Positions 9,373-19,852 of a stretch of 64,000 nucleotides of DNA are shown in pieces. Positions within the stretch are counted from its first letter, which is position 1. Each line of letters opens with the position of its first letter. Position numbers and translations under genes: made by a program. Location: NCBI GenBank assembly GCA_050942955.1, contig JBMNOG010000004.1:4431-68430 (forward strand), read 5' to 3'. Source of the DNA: Patescibacteria group bacterium (GTDB taxonomy: Bacteria; Patescibacteriota; Microgenomatia; UBA1400; UBA1449). The notes beneath the pieces were generated by a model. That model did no database searches and was not told the origin of the DNA. It saw nothing but the letters and a program-made list of their open reading frames with translations.

Positions 9373-10662
9373 ATGAGCCGGCAATTTCTTTCTTCGATTG
9401 CGTACAATTGTATCCTGGATCTTGCCAGCAAAGAAGGTATTTATGCTTCCTCAAAACAAGAGGCATATGGTTGCGTTTTTGGCCGCGACACTGCTATTAC
9501 CGTTCTTAAGCTTTTAAATAGTTACACACACGACCAAAACCGACAAATCTTGAGTATTTCAAAAAACGCCCTGGAAACTTTAATCAAACTACAAGGGAAA
9601 GGGTTTAACGTAGAAAGCGGGGAGGAGCCGGGCAAGTGTATTCATGAATATAGAGAAAAGGATTACGAAAGACTAATTAACAGCCAGAAGCCCTGGTATC
9701 TCTATCCAGACAAGAAACTCAGAAACTACGACTCTATTGATGCAACCCCTTTAATGCTTATTGCTGTTTATAGGTATTGGCAGCTTACAAATGATACAGA
9801 GTTTTTCTTGAATGCTCACCCGTCAGTTGAAGCCGGACTTAACTGGATCATGAACTACGGCGACAAAGACAGGGATTTTTTAATTGAATATGAACTGACC
9901 AAAGAGAGAAGGTGTGGTGGTTTGACAGTCCAGTCTTGGACGGATTCCGGAGAGTGCTTGCTTCAACCTGATAAAACATTTCCTGTCTATCCTATTGCTG
10001 CAGTTGAGGTTCAGGCCTTTGCCTGGCTGGCATTAAAACTCTGGAGCGATGTTTACCAAAAACACTCAACTACATTCAGTCAAAGACTAAAAGACTATGC
10101 TTCCAGTATGAAGAAATCTTTTAATAAACACTTCATTATTGAAGATAGCGGCCATTTTTACGCTGCTCAAGCTTTAGATGGAAATAAAAATCAGATCCGC
10201 ACGGTTACTGCCAATCCACTCTTGTGCCTCTGGGCAACCTACAAAAATGATGGCAGTCAGGAGTCGATTGTCGAGGAAATCTATGTTCCGCACTTTGTTG
10301 ACAGAGCATTTCACGAAGATATGTTTCTGTCTGATGCCGGAATTAGAACCATGAGCGCTCTAGCACCAACCTATAACCCAACCCCAACTTCATACCATAA
10401 CGGCAGTTTTTGGCCCATTCTTAACGGCCTTATCCATGAGGGTTTAATTACCTGGAAGTACTACATTGAAGCTGAGCTTCTGGCTAAAGCCAGCCTAAAA
10501 CCCATTCTCGAGTTTAAATGTCCCATAGAGCTCTATATTAAAGACTCGAATGGTGCTTTAGCTGAGTATACATCACCAAGTGGCCACAAAGGATGTCGAT
10601 TCCAGGCTTGGACAGCTGCAGCGATTTTAGATTTGATTAAGGATTATAAAGAAGAAGGATAA
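9373..10662 (+). CDS. Amylo-alpha-1,6-glucosidase / glycogen debranching-like hydrolase
   Basis: FGRD, EEPGKCIHE, SIDATPL, QSWTDS, YHNGSFWP. Confidence 0.8.
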   Translation: MSRQFLSSIAYNCILDLASKEGIYASSKQEAYGCVFGRDTAITVLKLLNSYTHDQNRQILSISKNALETLIKLQGKGFNVESGEEPGKCIHEYREKDYERLINSQKPWYLYPDKKLRNYDSIDATPLMLIAVYRYWQLTNDTEFFLNAHPSVEAGLNWIMNYGDKDRDFLIEYELTKERRCGGLTVQSWTDSGECLLQPDKTFPVYPIAAVEVQAFAWLALKLWSDVYQKHSTTFSQRLKDYASSMKKSFNKHFIIEDSGHFYAAQALDGNKNQIRTVTANPLLCLWATYKNDGSQESIVEEIYVPHFVDRAFHEDMFLSDAGIRTMSALAPTYNPTPTSYHNGSFWPILNGLIHEGLITWKYYIEAELLAKASLKPILEFKCPIELYIKDSNGALAEYTSPSGHKGCRFQAWTAAAILDLIKDYKEEG

Positions 10663-10730
10663 GTAGTGTCCCATGCCTGGATGTTTCTTTTCGCTAGATC
10701 AAGTAAAAACATCGTTAAGGCACAAAAAAG

Positions 10731-10804
<74 letters not shown>

Positions 10805-11027
10805 AGACAAAACCACTCCCCATATTTTAGCCGCAAACCCCTTATCAATCAAGTTTTTAGAGTGCAAAACCTATACGTAATTTCAGGCGAAATTTGCCCA
10901 GTGACAGTTCGCAATATATTTTGTAAAATGCAGACTCCTCACTGTGCTGTGCTTCCAAAAAGTATTAGTAACAAAGGAATTATTACTAAGCTTGACTTCA
11001 TAGAAACCAAGGAGTTTCTGGTGTGCA

Positions 11028-12794
11028 ATGTCACTGACTAAGAGAATTTTACTACTTGCAAAACCCTACTGGAAAAGGCTTATCGGGATTAGTGCTGCTA
11101 TACTGGCTATTAGCGGTCTTAAACAGGTTGAGCCGTTTGTTTTAAAGCAAATTACTGATACGATTGTCAATTCCTCACAAACACCTCAAGCATCGTTTGT
11201 AAACGTTTTGTCAGGGTTACTTTTGTCATTTCTTGGAGTCAAACTCCTGATTGTCGTTTTCAATAGGTTATCCTGGTATCTGGCAAACGTTTTTACATAC
11301 CGCTTTAGGGCAGTATTAAGAGAAGAAGGCTTCAGTCATTTATTAAGCCTTCCAATTAAATATTTTAACTCAAATCAGTCCGGCCACCTTATGAGTCGGC
11401 TTGACAGAGGCACGCAACAAATAACCTCTATTATTAACAACTCAGGCATGTATTTTCTGCCAAACGTAGTAACCGCTGTAATCGGAATTTTTGTTGTCAC
11501 TAAGTTTAATCCGGTGATTGCTCTTGCTATGGTAGCAGCATACATACCGGTTGGGTTTATCAACTACAAGAAGTTCACCAGAAACCAATCTCTTGAAAAA
11601 AGAGAAAACCGAATGTTTGATAAACAGTATAGTCATTTCTGGGAGATAATCGGAGCAGTTGAGCTAATTAAGTCGTTCACTGCAGAAAAATTCGAGCTAA
11701 AGCAACTCCGGAAGTTTAATAAAAATATAACCAAGAACCGTCTGAAAATTGAGAAAAACCATAACCTCTTTACATTGTCTGACATCTTTCTGGAAATCTG
11801 GGTTTGGGGAATTTACGCCTGGATTGTCTACCTGACGTTTAGTGGCAATTTTACAGTCGGAACAATGGTTTTAATGCTTAGCTACGTAGGCATCATTAGA
11901 GAACCTCTGTGGTCGCTTAACTGGATTTTTTGGGAGATCAAGCGGGCCCAGATTGGAGCTAAGGATTACTTCTCAATAATGGACGAAAAACTAGCTGTGA
12001 CAGAGTCGGCAAATGCCTTACAGCTTAAGAAGTCAGATGGGCACATTAAGTTTGAGAACGTGACCTTTAACTACAGCAACGGCAAGGACGTTTTGAAAGA
12101 CGTTTCTTTTGAAATTACACCTGGAACAACATGTGCGCTTGTGGGTAAATCAGGGGCTGGAAAGTCCACTATTATCGCACTTTTGAGCCGATTTTTTGAG
12201 GTTTCTAAAGGCAGAATTCTTATAGACGGTACAGATATTCGCAGAGTTTCATTAAAATCCTTACGAAAATGTATTGGTGTTGTTTCCCAGGAACCGTATC
12301 TTTTTGCTGACACAATTGAAGAAAACCTGCGTTACGGCAATCCAAACGCCACTCATAAACAAATTGAAGAGGCATGCAGGTTGGCTAATGCTCATGAGTT
12401 TATTGAGAAATTACCTAAAGGTTACAAGACCCGTATTGGTGAAAAAGGAGTTAAACTTTCGGGAGGACAAAGGCAAAGGTTGAGTATTGCCAGAGTTATT
12501 CTCAAAGATCCGGCAATCCTGATTTTCGATGAGGCAACCAGTCAACTTGACAGCCACTCAGAGGCGCTTATCCAGCAGTCATTGGCTAAACTGTCTCATA
12601 ACCGGACAACAATAATTATTGCCCACAGGTTATCGACAGTAAAAAGAGCCAACAAGATTATTGTTTTTGACCAGGGCATGAGGCTTGAAGAAGGACCACA
12701 CGATGAGCTTATAAAAAACGACAAGCTTTACTCGTCCTTGTTTAACTTGCAAAACGGCATAAACGAACAGCCTCACTATAACTACATTCAGTAA
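11028..12794 (+). CDS. ABC exporter, fused permease/ATPase (MsbA-like)
   Basis: TM domain, GKSGAGKS, LSGGQ, DEATS. Confidence 0.9.
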   Translation: MSLTKRILLLAKPYWKRLIGISAAILAISGLKQVEPFVLKQITDTIVNSSQTPQASFVNVLSGLLLSFLGVKLLIVVFNRLSWYLANVFTYRFRAVLREEGFSHLLSLPIKYFNSNQSGHLMSRLDRGTQQITSIINNSGMYFLPNVVTAVIGIFVVTKFNPVIALAMVAAYIPVGFINYKKFTRNQSLEKRENRMFDKQYSHFWEIIGAVELIKSFTAEKFELKQLRKFNKNITKNRLKIEKNHNLFTLSDIFLEIWVWGIYAWIVYLTFSGNFTVGTMVLMLSYVGIIREPLWSLNWIFWEIKRAQIGAKDYFSIMDEKLAVTESANALQLKKSDGHIKFENVTFNYSNGKDVLKDVSFEITPGTTCALVGKSGAGKSTIIALLSRFFEVSKGRILIDGTDIRRVSLKSLRKCIGVVSQEPYLFADTIEENLRYGNPNATHKQIEEACRLANAHEFIEKLPKGYKTRIGEKGVKLSGGQRQRLSIARVILKDPAILIFDEATSQLDSHSEALIQQSLAKLSHNRTTIIIAHRLSTVKRANKIIVFDQGMRLEEGPHDELIKNDKLYSSLFNLQNGINEQPHYNYIQ

Positions 12795-12867
12795 GTTTCA
12801 TTTCTCTCCCCTGCTTGTCTAATATCTTTCTTCCCATTACCATATGATACAGATATTTGTCAGCTTT

Positions 12868-14634
12868 ATGCAAAACCTAGTCGGGATAATCAAGATCGCA
12901 AAACCATTGCGAAAATTGGCAATTCTTGTTGCTGTACTCATACTTATTGGTGCTATTTTAGGTCTTGTTACCCCCATTATCACCAAGCAGATTATTGATG
13001 AGATTGTTGCCAATATTCAAAATGAGGGCGGTAATCTCAACCGGCTCTATCTTTTAATTGGCCTGAGCTTTGTAGTCAACGTTTTTACAATTTTTATCGG
13101 CTCAGTTTCAGAAAGGCTGGGTGACCATTTCTCCGGCAAGCTTAATAAATACCTCACTGAATACTTTTACGCTAAGATTTTGACATTACCTCAGAGCTAC
13201 TTTGATACAGAGCTCTCCGGAAAGATTGTAAATCAGTTAAACCGCGGTATAACCTCAATCAGGCAGTTTGTTAATACAGCCTCAAATTTTATCCTACCAA
13301 CAATTCTCCAGACGATTTTTACTATCGCTGTTATCACGTACTACAATGTCCCTACGGCTATTCTTCTTATTCTCCTGTTTCCGGTTTATACATATTTAAG
13401 TCTCTACTCAACCCGCAAATGGGGCAAAGAAGAAGTAAAGAAAAATAAAATCGAAGACGTTACCCGAGGCCGAATTACAGAGGTTGTATCCAGTATTAAG
13501 ATTGTTAAAACGTTTACTAACGAACTTAGAGAATTAAAAACTCTTAGTAAGAACCTAAACCAAATTAATACCATCTATGCGAGACAGAGTACAACGTTTC
13601 ATATTTTTGACTTTCTGCGAAATCTTAGCCTGCACATTATTTTACTAGGTATAAACATCATTATCTTTTACAGTGCGTTTCGCGAGCTTATTACTATTGG
13701 TACCATGGTTTTAATTCTTGAACTGGTGTTTCAAGCAAGACGGCCGCTATTTGCCATGTCATTTATCTTAACACAGGTACAAATGGCAGAGAGCGGTTCG
13801 AAAGAGTTTTTTGAGATTCTTAACCTTGAAACAATTGAGAGGTATGGAGAGTCTCTTAAGCTAGGCAAGGTCAAAAACCCTAGTATCAGGTTTAAGAATG
13901 TTGGTTTTAGTTATAAGGATTCTGAGGAAGTGCTCAAAAATGTTTCTTTTACGATTAACCCTGGAGAGAAAGTAGCTTTAGTTGGGCCAAGCGGCGCCGG
14001 GAAAACAACAATTATTAACTTAATTCTCAAGTTCTACGAGCCGTCTAAAGGTACCATTTACTTAAAAAATACATCCTACAAAGATTTGACACACAGAGAT
14101 ACGAGGGAAAATATTGCTCTTGTTTTCCAAGAAAATGAACTTTTCTCTTCAACGATTGCCGAAAACGTAGCCTATGGCCAAAAGGTTTCGCGAAAAGAAA
14201 TTATAAAGGCTTTAAAGTTTGCCAATGCGTATGATTTTGTTCAAAAATTGCCAAAAGGCATTAACTCCAAGGTTGGTGAACGGGGCGTAAAACTTTCGGG
14301 CGGGCAAAAGCAGAGAATTCAGATAGCTAGAGCTATTTTGAGCAACCGGCCGATTCTTATTCTTGACGAAGCGACCAGTAATCTTGATGCCAAATCAGAA
14401 CGGCTGGTGCAGCAGGCTCTAGAAAATCTTATGAAGGGTAGACTAGTTATTATCATTGCTCACAGGCTCAGCACCATCCAAAACGTTGACAGGATTTTTG
14501 TAGTTGATAAAGGAAAAATCGTTGACAAGGGCACACCCAAAGAACTCTCAAAACGCCCTGGAATTTACAACACTCTGCTTACTTACCAACTTGAAGGTGA
14601 TAGAAAACTTCTGGAAAACTTTGAGATTTACTAG
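12868..14634 (+). CDS. ABC exporter, fused permease/ATPase (possible heterodimer partner)
   Basis: GPSGAGKT, LSGGQ, DEATS. Confidence 0.9.
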   Translation: MQNLVGIIKIAKPLRKLAILVAVLILIGAILGLVTPIITKQIIDEIVANIQNEGGNLNRLYLLIGLSFVVNVFTIFIGSVSERLGDHFSGKLNKYLTEYFYAKILTLPQSYFDTELSGKIVNQLNRGITSIRQFVNTASNFILPTILQTIFTIAVITYYNVPTAILLILLFPVYTYLSLYSTRKWGKEEVKKNKIEDVTRGRITEVVSSIKIVKTFTNELRELKTLSKNLNQINTIYARQSTTFHIFDFLRNLSLHIILLGINIIIFYSAFRELITIGTMVLILELVFQARRPLFAMSFILTQVQMAESGSKEFFEILNLETIERYGESLKLGKVKNPSIRFKNVGFSYKDSEEVLKNVSFTINPGEKVALVGPSGAGKTTIINLILKFYEPSKGTIYLKNTSYKDLTHRDTRENIALVFQENELFSSTIAENVAYGQKVSRKEIIKALKFANAYDFVQKLPKGINSKVGERGVKLSGGQKQRIQIARAILSNRPILILDEATSNLDAKSERLVQQALENLMKGRLVIIIAHRLSTIQNVDRIFVVDKGKIVDKGTPKELSKRPGIYNTLLTYQLEGDRKLLENFEIY

Positions 14635-15114
14635 CTACTTCACAATTACTGTAGCCTTATGTTCTAGGTTTTGAGTATCAAAGAAATAGTATCTACCTTC
14701 TTCAGAAAATGTTGTACTCTTAGTTTTTCCTGGATCGAGTGTAATAATTGTTTCCGAAAGGCCTTGTACGCTGCCTTTACTTAGATTATTCCGGATTTGC
14801 CGCTTTTTAGAGCTTATGTTTTTCCAAATCACTCCTTCACCTGGCTTAATAATAATTAAGCCAGGATAAATATCTTCTTCGGTTAATTCAAATGTATACT
14901 CCTTAAGTGAAACTCCCGTATCCGGCAGAATATCAAAATCCGGAGTTGGGGTAGGACTCGGTGTGGGGCTGGGAGTTGGTTCAGGTGAAACTGTAGGTGT
15001 CGGTGAAGGTAGGGGCTCGAGGTCAACCTGCTCATCTCTGGTAAAGAAAAAAATTATCCCTCCTAAAATTACTGCCAAAATAAGCAAACCACCAATAAGT
15101 TGCACTAGCGTCAT
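14635..15114 (-). CDS. Membrane-anchored cupredoxin-like protein with Pro/Thr linker
   Basis: N-terminal TM, PSPTP repeats, IKPGEGVIWKN...EGRYYF; Cu ligands not evident. Confidence 0.6.
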   Translation of the reverse strand: MTLVQLIGGLLILAVILGGIIFFFTRDEQVDLEPLPSPTPTVSPEPTPSPTPSPTPTPDFDILPDTGVSLKEYTFELTEEDIYPGLIIIKPGEGVIWKNISSKKRQIRNNLSKGSVQGLSETIITLDPGKTKSTTFSEEGRYYFFDTQNLEHKATVIVK

Positions 15115-15282
15115 GATGAAACTCTACGAAGCAAATATCAAGCCTTGTTTACAGATCTGTAATAGGAAAGTAAGAAAAGATTGATTATTCATTATTTAGT
15201 AGTGCTTATTACTGGTTTATTACATGACACTTATGGCAATTTAATGTGTAGCAAATATGTTTTAATCTAGTTTCTACATTTA

Positions 15283-15294
15283 GTTCTTTGAAAA
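15283..15294 (+). promoter_or_regulatory. boxA-like motif, cassette 3
   Basis: GTTCTTTGAAAA matches Firmicutes-type rrn boxA; followed by long hairpin 15304-15383. Confidence 0.6.
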
Positions 15295-15411
15295 AGCAAT
15301 CCAACATAGAGAGTAATTCTGAAGTAGTGCCAGCCTCATACGGCTTGAGGAGCAAGGCATGCTTTAGAATAGTCTCTCTATGTCTCCGATTCCAATCCGC
15401 AGGAGGCTACC

Positions 15412-15912
15412 GTGAACTCACACTATTCGAACTACGCTATCAGATTACTCGTCGAAGAAGGGAAGGAGGCACAACAAGTTTGGTATGAAGAAAAACTATA
15501 CATCATCGCTCCTCAGAGTACCAATTTTTCAGTTCTGGCAATAATCCGTGGGGTCACTACAAACACATACGCTAGGTTTTACGTCTGCGGTCTTTGTTCT
15601 ACAACGGGTAAAACAAAGTCAGATGATGACCTTGGTGAGTGGCTCGAACCTCCGGTCGACGCTACCGCAATATGCAACTGGGTCACAGAAAGCAAGAAGG
15701 CAGTGCCGTTTTGCTTTGGTTTCGACAAGATAACTGAAGTGAATGTTAATAAAGATGATTACGGTATGATAGTGGTTAAGTTTTACAGCTACTCAGGCGA
15801 TATCAATTGGCAAAATTACTTGTACAAGCCGATAGCTCCTTCTGCTAATTTGCTAACACTGGCAAGTATCCAAACACTTACCTTTATGTCTGAAGAGGAG
15901 GTTGGCTACTAG
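15412..15912 (+). CDS. Hypothetical protein (cassette 3 cargo)
   Basis: AGGAGG SD plus GTG start; 166 aa. Confidence 0.65.
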   Translation: MNSHYSNYAIRLLVEEGKEAQQVWYEEKLYIIAPQSTNFSVLAIIRGVTTNTYARFYVCGLCSTTGKTKSDDDLGEWLEPPVDATAICNWVTESKKAVPFCFGFDKITEVNVNKDDYGMIVVKFYSYSGDINWQNYLYKPIAPSANLLTLASIQTLTFMSEEEVGY

Positions 15913-16112
15913 AAGGCGGAGGCAGTGCCGTGACAAGTGTCACGAGTAAAATATGAAGAGAGGCGGGTCGAAAGTGCCGAATGGATCTAAGATCCACCAA
16001 GCAACTACTTTCGACCGCTTTTCCGAATACTTGAATGTAAAAAAATATTCAGAAAAGCTTTTACTTCTTGATGTTAATAGAATAGACCGAATAAACCGGT
16101 CAATTTTTGCTG

Positions 16113-16127
16113 GTGATCCCACGGGGA
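16113..16127 (-). repeat. Direct repeat of tRNA-Glu 3' end
   Basis: GTGATCCCACGGGGA identical to 16172-16186. Confidence 0.8.
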
Positions 16128-16172
16128 CCCTTGTTCGCTTCGCTCCAAGGACAGGCTCAAACCCGTAGACTG

Positions 16173-16245
16173 TGATCCCACGGGGAATCGAACCCCGGTT
16201 TTTGGGATGAAAACCCAATGTCCTAGGCCACTAGACGATGGGACC
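16173..16245 (-). tRNA. tRNA-Glu(TTC)
   Basis: GGTCCCA...TGGGATC, anticodon stem TTGGG/CCCAA with loop TTTTCAT. Confidence 0.95.
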
Positions 16246-16344
16246 AAACTTAATTTCACTTTTTAATCAGCAACACCAAAATACAATACACCGAAAGCTG
16301 CCGAACTTAGATATTATACTAAAAAATCTCAAATTTAACAGGAA

Positions 16345-17529
16345 CTAAGGGGTTAAAACAATACCCTTGGTATACTCTAATATATTTTGGCCTTCGTGAA
16401 TGTCTCTCCCTGGAACAGGAGTTAAAACTTTTGAAGAGTTCTGGACAGTATCAGAAACAATATCTACTGTTGTCTGCTCAAAATCTCTTTGGCCTTCGTA
16501 GTAAATCTCGGCAATTTTAATCTCCTTATCCTGTGAGTTTACTGCTAGTTTTGCTTTGCGCGAGGGGTCAGTAAAGAGGGATAAGCGTATTTGTCCAGGA
16601 GCAATCAGGCTAACATGGTACACCTCAAAAAAGTCGCCAAAAACAATTCGTTCAGGCGTAATCTTGATATCCATTGGGTTATAGCTAACAACCACATCAA
16701 CAGCAGTAACATCATTTTTTTCCGTAGCAAGGTACGCCGCAATGATGCCGGATTTTTCTTCAAGCCGTAGGTATGTACCCTTTTCTCTCAGTGCTCTTTT
16801 AAGAACCGAGTTTTCGAAAGGTTGAATTAAAAACTGCTCAGGCTGCCGGGTTAAAGCTGCTAAATCTCCAAAACGGGAACTTTCCTGGTACTCAGCAATA
16901 ACCGCTAGTCTGTGAGAGTACAACTGAATTTGAGGATTCCAAACACCGGAACATGTGATCAAACTTACCTGAGGTTCTTTTCTGTCACCGTAGATTTTAT
17001 CCTGCGGAAACCCATCAAGCGGAACATTTATAACCTCTTTAACTGTATAGAGATGTTGCATGCCGACATTGTTTACAATAAAAAATTGGTCTCCTTCTTG
17101 CAGATTTTTCAGATTGTAAAAAATTGCCGGAGCGCCGGTTGGCGTATCATAATGGCCGGACAATACTGCACTCCCCTTTTGTCCTGGAGGAGTACCGTAG
17201 CGGTACCAACCTACATGAGCAGCATTAGACGGTACCTCCATTTCCTGAGTTTCAGGTACATAGCCAACAGGGACAATCTCGGTGTCAATGTTAAGTGTTG
17301 GAATGATAAGCTTAACCGGAATTGGTGTTGGTGTTGGATTGGGTGTAGGGTTTGGCGACTGCTGGGGGAATCCAATAGGAGCTACCTTGCTGCTATCTTG
17401 ATTGGTTGGAGTACTGTAGGTGCCTACCATCCAGTGCAAAACCAGAGCTCCACCAATAATCATAAATAGACTAAATATTAGTAGTGATTGAATTGATATT
17501 TTGTCTAAAATCTTACTAACAAGTTTCAT
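16345..17529 (-). CDS. Class F sortase with C-terminal cohesin-like domain
   Basis: GSAVLSGHYD, LITCSG, HRL catalytic motifs; extra beta-rich C-terminal domain. Confidence 0.8.
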   Translation of the reverse strand: MKLVSKILDKISIQSLLIFSLFMIIGGALVLHWMVGTYSTPTNQDSSKVAPIGFPQQSPNPTPNPTPTPIPVKLIIPTLNIDTEIVPVGYVPETQEMEVPSNAAHVGWYRYGTPPGQKGSAVLSGHYDTPTGAPAIFYNLKNLQEGDQFFIVNNVGMQHLYTVKEVINVPLDGFPQDKIYGDRKEPQVSLITCSGVWNPQIQLYSHRLAVIAEYQESSRFGDLAALTRQPEQFLIQPFENSVLKRALREKGTYLRLEEKSGIIAAYLATEKNDVTAVDVVVSYNPMDIKITPERIVFGDFFEVYHVSLIAPGQIRLSLFTDPSRKAKLAVNSQDKEIKIAEIYYEGQRDFEQTTVDIVSDTVQNSSKVLTPVPGRDIHEGQNILEYTKGIVLTP

Positions 17530-17531
17530 GC

Positions 17532-18011
17532 CTAGATAAGTCTCCTATTGGTATAGGCATGGGTGAGAGCTACAGCTACAGCATCAGCTGCGTCATCCTG
17601 CTTAAAAACTTCCTCCGTCTGCAAGTGAAATTTTAAGATAGCCTGGACTTGCTTTTTGTCTGCTCTCCCATACCCAATCAGTGCTTGTTTCACCTGGAGC
17701 GGTGTATAGTCAAAAACCGGTAGCCCCGACATCACCCCTGCTAAAACAATCACTCCCCTAGCATGGCTGGCTAGAATAGCGGTTTTTTGATTGGTGTTGA
17801 AAAACAGGCTTTCGACAGCAATTTCTTCAACTTTCTGCTTTTTTATGACATCAGTAATTGCCTTAAATACAGTTAAAAGCCGATCATTGAAAGGACTATT
17901 TTTAGATGTAGTTATGCAATCGCAGGCAATATACTTTGCTTTACGTTTCGAGTAATCAATAATACCCCAACCTATCCTGCCATAACCCGGGTCTATACCT
18001 AAAATTTTCAT
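17532..18011 (-). CDS. ruvC: Holliday junction resolvase
   Basis: ILGIDPG, AVESLFF, DDAADAVAVA. Confidence 0.95.
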   Translation of the reverse strand: MKILGIDPGYGRIGWGIIDYSKRKAKYIACDCITTSKNSPFNDRLLTVFKAITDVIKKQKVEEIAVESLFFNTNQKTAILASHARGVIVLAGVMSGLPVFDYTPLQVKQALIGYGRADKKQVQAILKFHLQTEEVFKQDDAADAVAVALTHAYTNRRLI

Positions 18012-18117
18012 ACCTAAATTGTAGCATCTGTTGCTAGCTGGTATAATACCACTGTTCAGTGAAAACTGAACTTATTTAATTGGAAAGAGCTTTTCATCCA
18101 CTTGAAACTACATTAGG

Positions 18118-18235
18118 AAGTGAATTTTGGACCGTTAGCCCGTGCAGGTCGAAGACAGACCGTCCTGGAAGCAAAACGACCATGGATTAGTTCGAGGCCG
18201 AGGGCCTGAGATGATACCGAGAATGGTTAGCACTT
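18118..18235 (+). ncRNA. Candidate rod-like structured RNA (6S-like?)
   Basis: Nested pairings AAGTG/CACTT, GACCGTT/AATGGTT, CAGGTC/GGCCTG; TATAAT at 18042; no ORF. Confidence 0.35.
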
Positions 18236-18260
18236 ATATAGAAAGATAAATTAATATTTT

Positions 18261-18334
18261 GGGCCGTTAGCTCAGTTGGTTAGAGCACCTGCCTTTTAAG
18301 CAGGGTGTCCTGGGTTCGAGTCCCAGACGGCTCA
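18261..18334 (+). tRNA. tRNA-Lys(TTT)
   Basis: GGGCCGT...ACGGCTC, anticodon loop CTTTTAA, GGTTCGAGTCC. Confidence 0.95.
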
Positions 18335-18497
18335 CAAAGTATTTCTCTCTCTGTTACTTAGTTCGGTATTTTTAGTATTTTTGTTGTAACTTCAATTTTA
18401 CTCAAGAAAAAGTGTTCCAGACCCAGATGGCGCTATTGATAAATCTCCAAAGCTAGTAATTGACACGATACAATAATCCACCTATAATCAGTGGTAT

Positions 18498-19085
18498 ATG
18501 GTATCGTTAAAACAGATATCTGAACTTCAAGCTTTAGATAAAATATTTTATGACAGTAAAGACTTGTCAGTTTATCTCGAAGTAAGCGGAAGAACACTAG
18601 AGAACACGATAAAAAAGCTTCTAGATGAGAATGTATTAACGTCTCTTGAAAAGGGTAAGTACTATGTAACTTCAAAAAAACCTAATGAATTTCAAATCGC
18701 GCAATTTCTTTATAATCCCTCATACATCTCTTTTGAAACAGCGCTAAATTACTATGGTATTTTACCCCAGTTTCCTCAGGCTGTAACATCAGCAACAACA
18801 AAAAGAGCTAGAAGCAAGCTGGTTTCTGGAAAAGAGTATTCATATAGCCATATTAGCAAAAACTACTTTACTGGCTATGAAAACAGAGATGGGTTTCTTA
18901 TTGCTACTGCAGAAAAAGCTTTAATAGATCAAATATACTTCTCTTTTAAATCACTTAGATCTATAGACAACCTAGATGAATATGACGTTTCAAAGATAGA
19001 TAAAAACAAAGCTAAAGAATACGCAGAACTAATTGAAGGATCTTTAGGAAAAAGAATTGTTACATTTGTAAATGAAAACGTATGA
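18498..19085 (+). CDS. AbiEi-family antitoxin (type IV TA)
   Basis: LEKGKY, PSYISFETALNYYG, ATAEKALID. Confidence 0.85.
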   Translation: MVSLKQISELQALDKIFYDSKDLSVYLEVSGRTLENTIKKLLDENVLTSLEKGKYYVTSKKPNEFQIAQFLYNPSYISFETALNYYGILPQFPQAVTSATTKRARSKLVSGKEYSYSHISKNYFTGYENRDGFLIATAEKALIDQIYFSFKSLRSIDNLDEYDVSKIDKNKAKEYAELIEGSLGKRIVTFVNENV

Positions 19086-19852
19086 TAGACCTTGCCGCAA
19101 TTAAACAATTATCAACAAAGTATCAGATTAATCAATATGTAGTAGCACGAGAGTATCTTCAAATTGTCGTTCTAAAAGAACTGTATGAGGAAAATTTTTC
19201 TAAAGACATTTTTTTTAAAGGAGGCACTGCCATACGTATAGTGTATGGAGGACAACGATTTTCAGAAGACTTAGATTTCACCTCTCAGGCTACTGAAGGA
19301 TTTGAAGACAAAATCAATAAGTTCTTCCAAAACCTTACTAACAACTATCCTGTTACATTTAAGGAGAGAAAGTCACTTACTGGTAAAAGCTACCTTCTTA
19401 CCGGAAAAATTGAGTCATTATCTTCTCCCGTTTTTATTAGAACTGACTTCTCTTTAAGAGAGAATGTTTTAGAACCAACTAATCAAATACTAAGAACAGA
19501 TTACCCTGTTATTGTGCAAAATTTTATTCGCACGTTATCAAAAAATGAAATGCTTGCTGAAAAAGTGAGAGCAATCATAAAGAGAAAGAAACATAGGGAT
19601 ATTTATGATTTTTGGGTCCTCCTAGAGTTAGGGGCAGAGTTCAATACTACTTTGATCTCTAAAAAAATGGAGTTTTATGGAGAAAAATTTGATAAGAATA
19701 CTTTATTGAAAGAGCTTGGTAAGTTTAATAAAGACGACTTCACAAGAGACCTCTCTCCTCTTGTTAGCTATCAAGACAAAGAAAGGTTACCTCAGCTATT
19801 CGACTATGTATTGGCTTATGCAACTAAGGCAGTATCTTTACAGACTAATTAA
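19082..19852 (+). CDS. AbiEii-family nucleotidyltransferase toxin
   Basis: FKGGTAIR, RFSEDLDF, EK...RDIYD; ATGA overlap with antitoxin. Confidence 0.9.
   Translation: MIDLAAIKQLSTKYQINQYVVAREYLQIVVLKELYEENFSKDIFFKGGTAIRIVYGGQRFSEDLDFTSQATEGFEDKINKFFQNLTNNYPVTFKERKSLTGKSYLLTGKIESLSSPVFIRTDFSLRENVLEPTNQILRTDYPVIVQNFIRTLSKNEMLAEKVRAIIKRKKHRDIYDFWVLLELGAEFNTTLISKKMEFYGEKFDKNTLLKELGKFNKDDFTRDLSPLVSYQDKERLPQLFDYVLAYATKAVSLQTN

Noticed and set aside
14941-15010. Short tandem-like repeats (also ~17320-17350 and ~40020-40130)
   Set aside because: They encode Pro/Thr linkers; not CRISPR or independent repeats.
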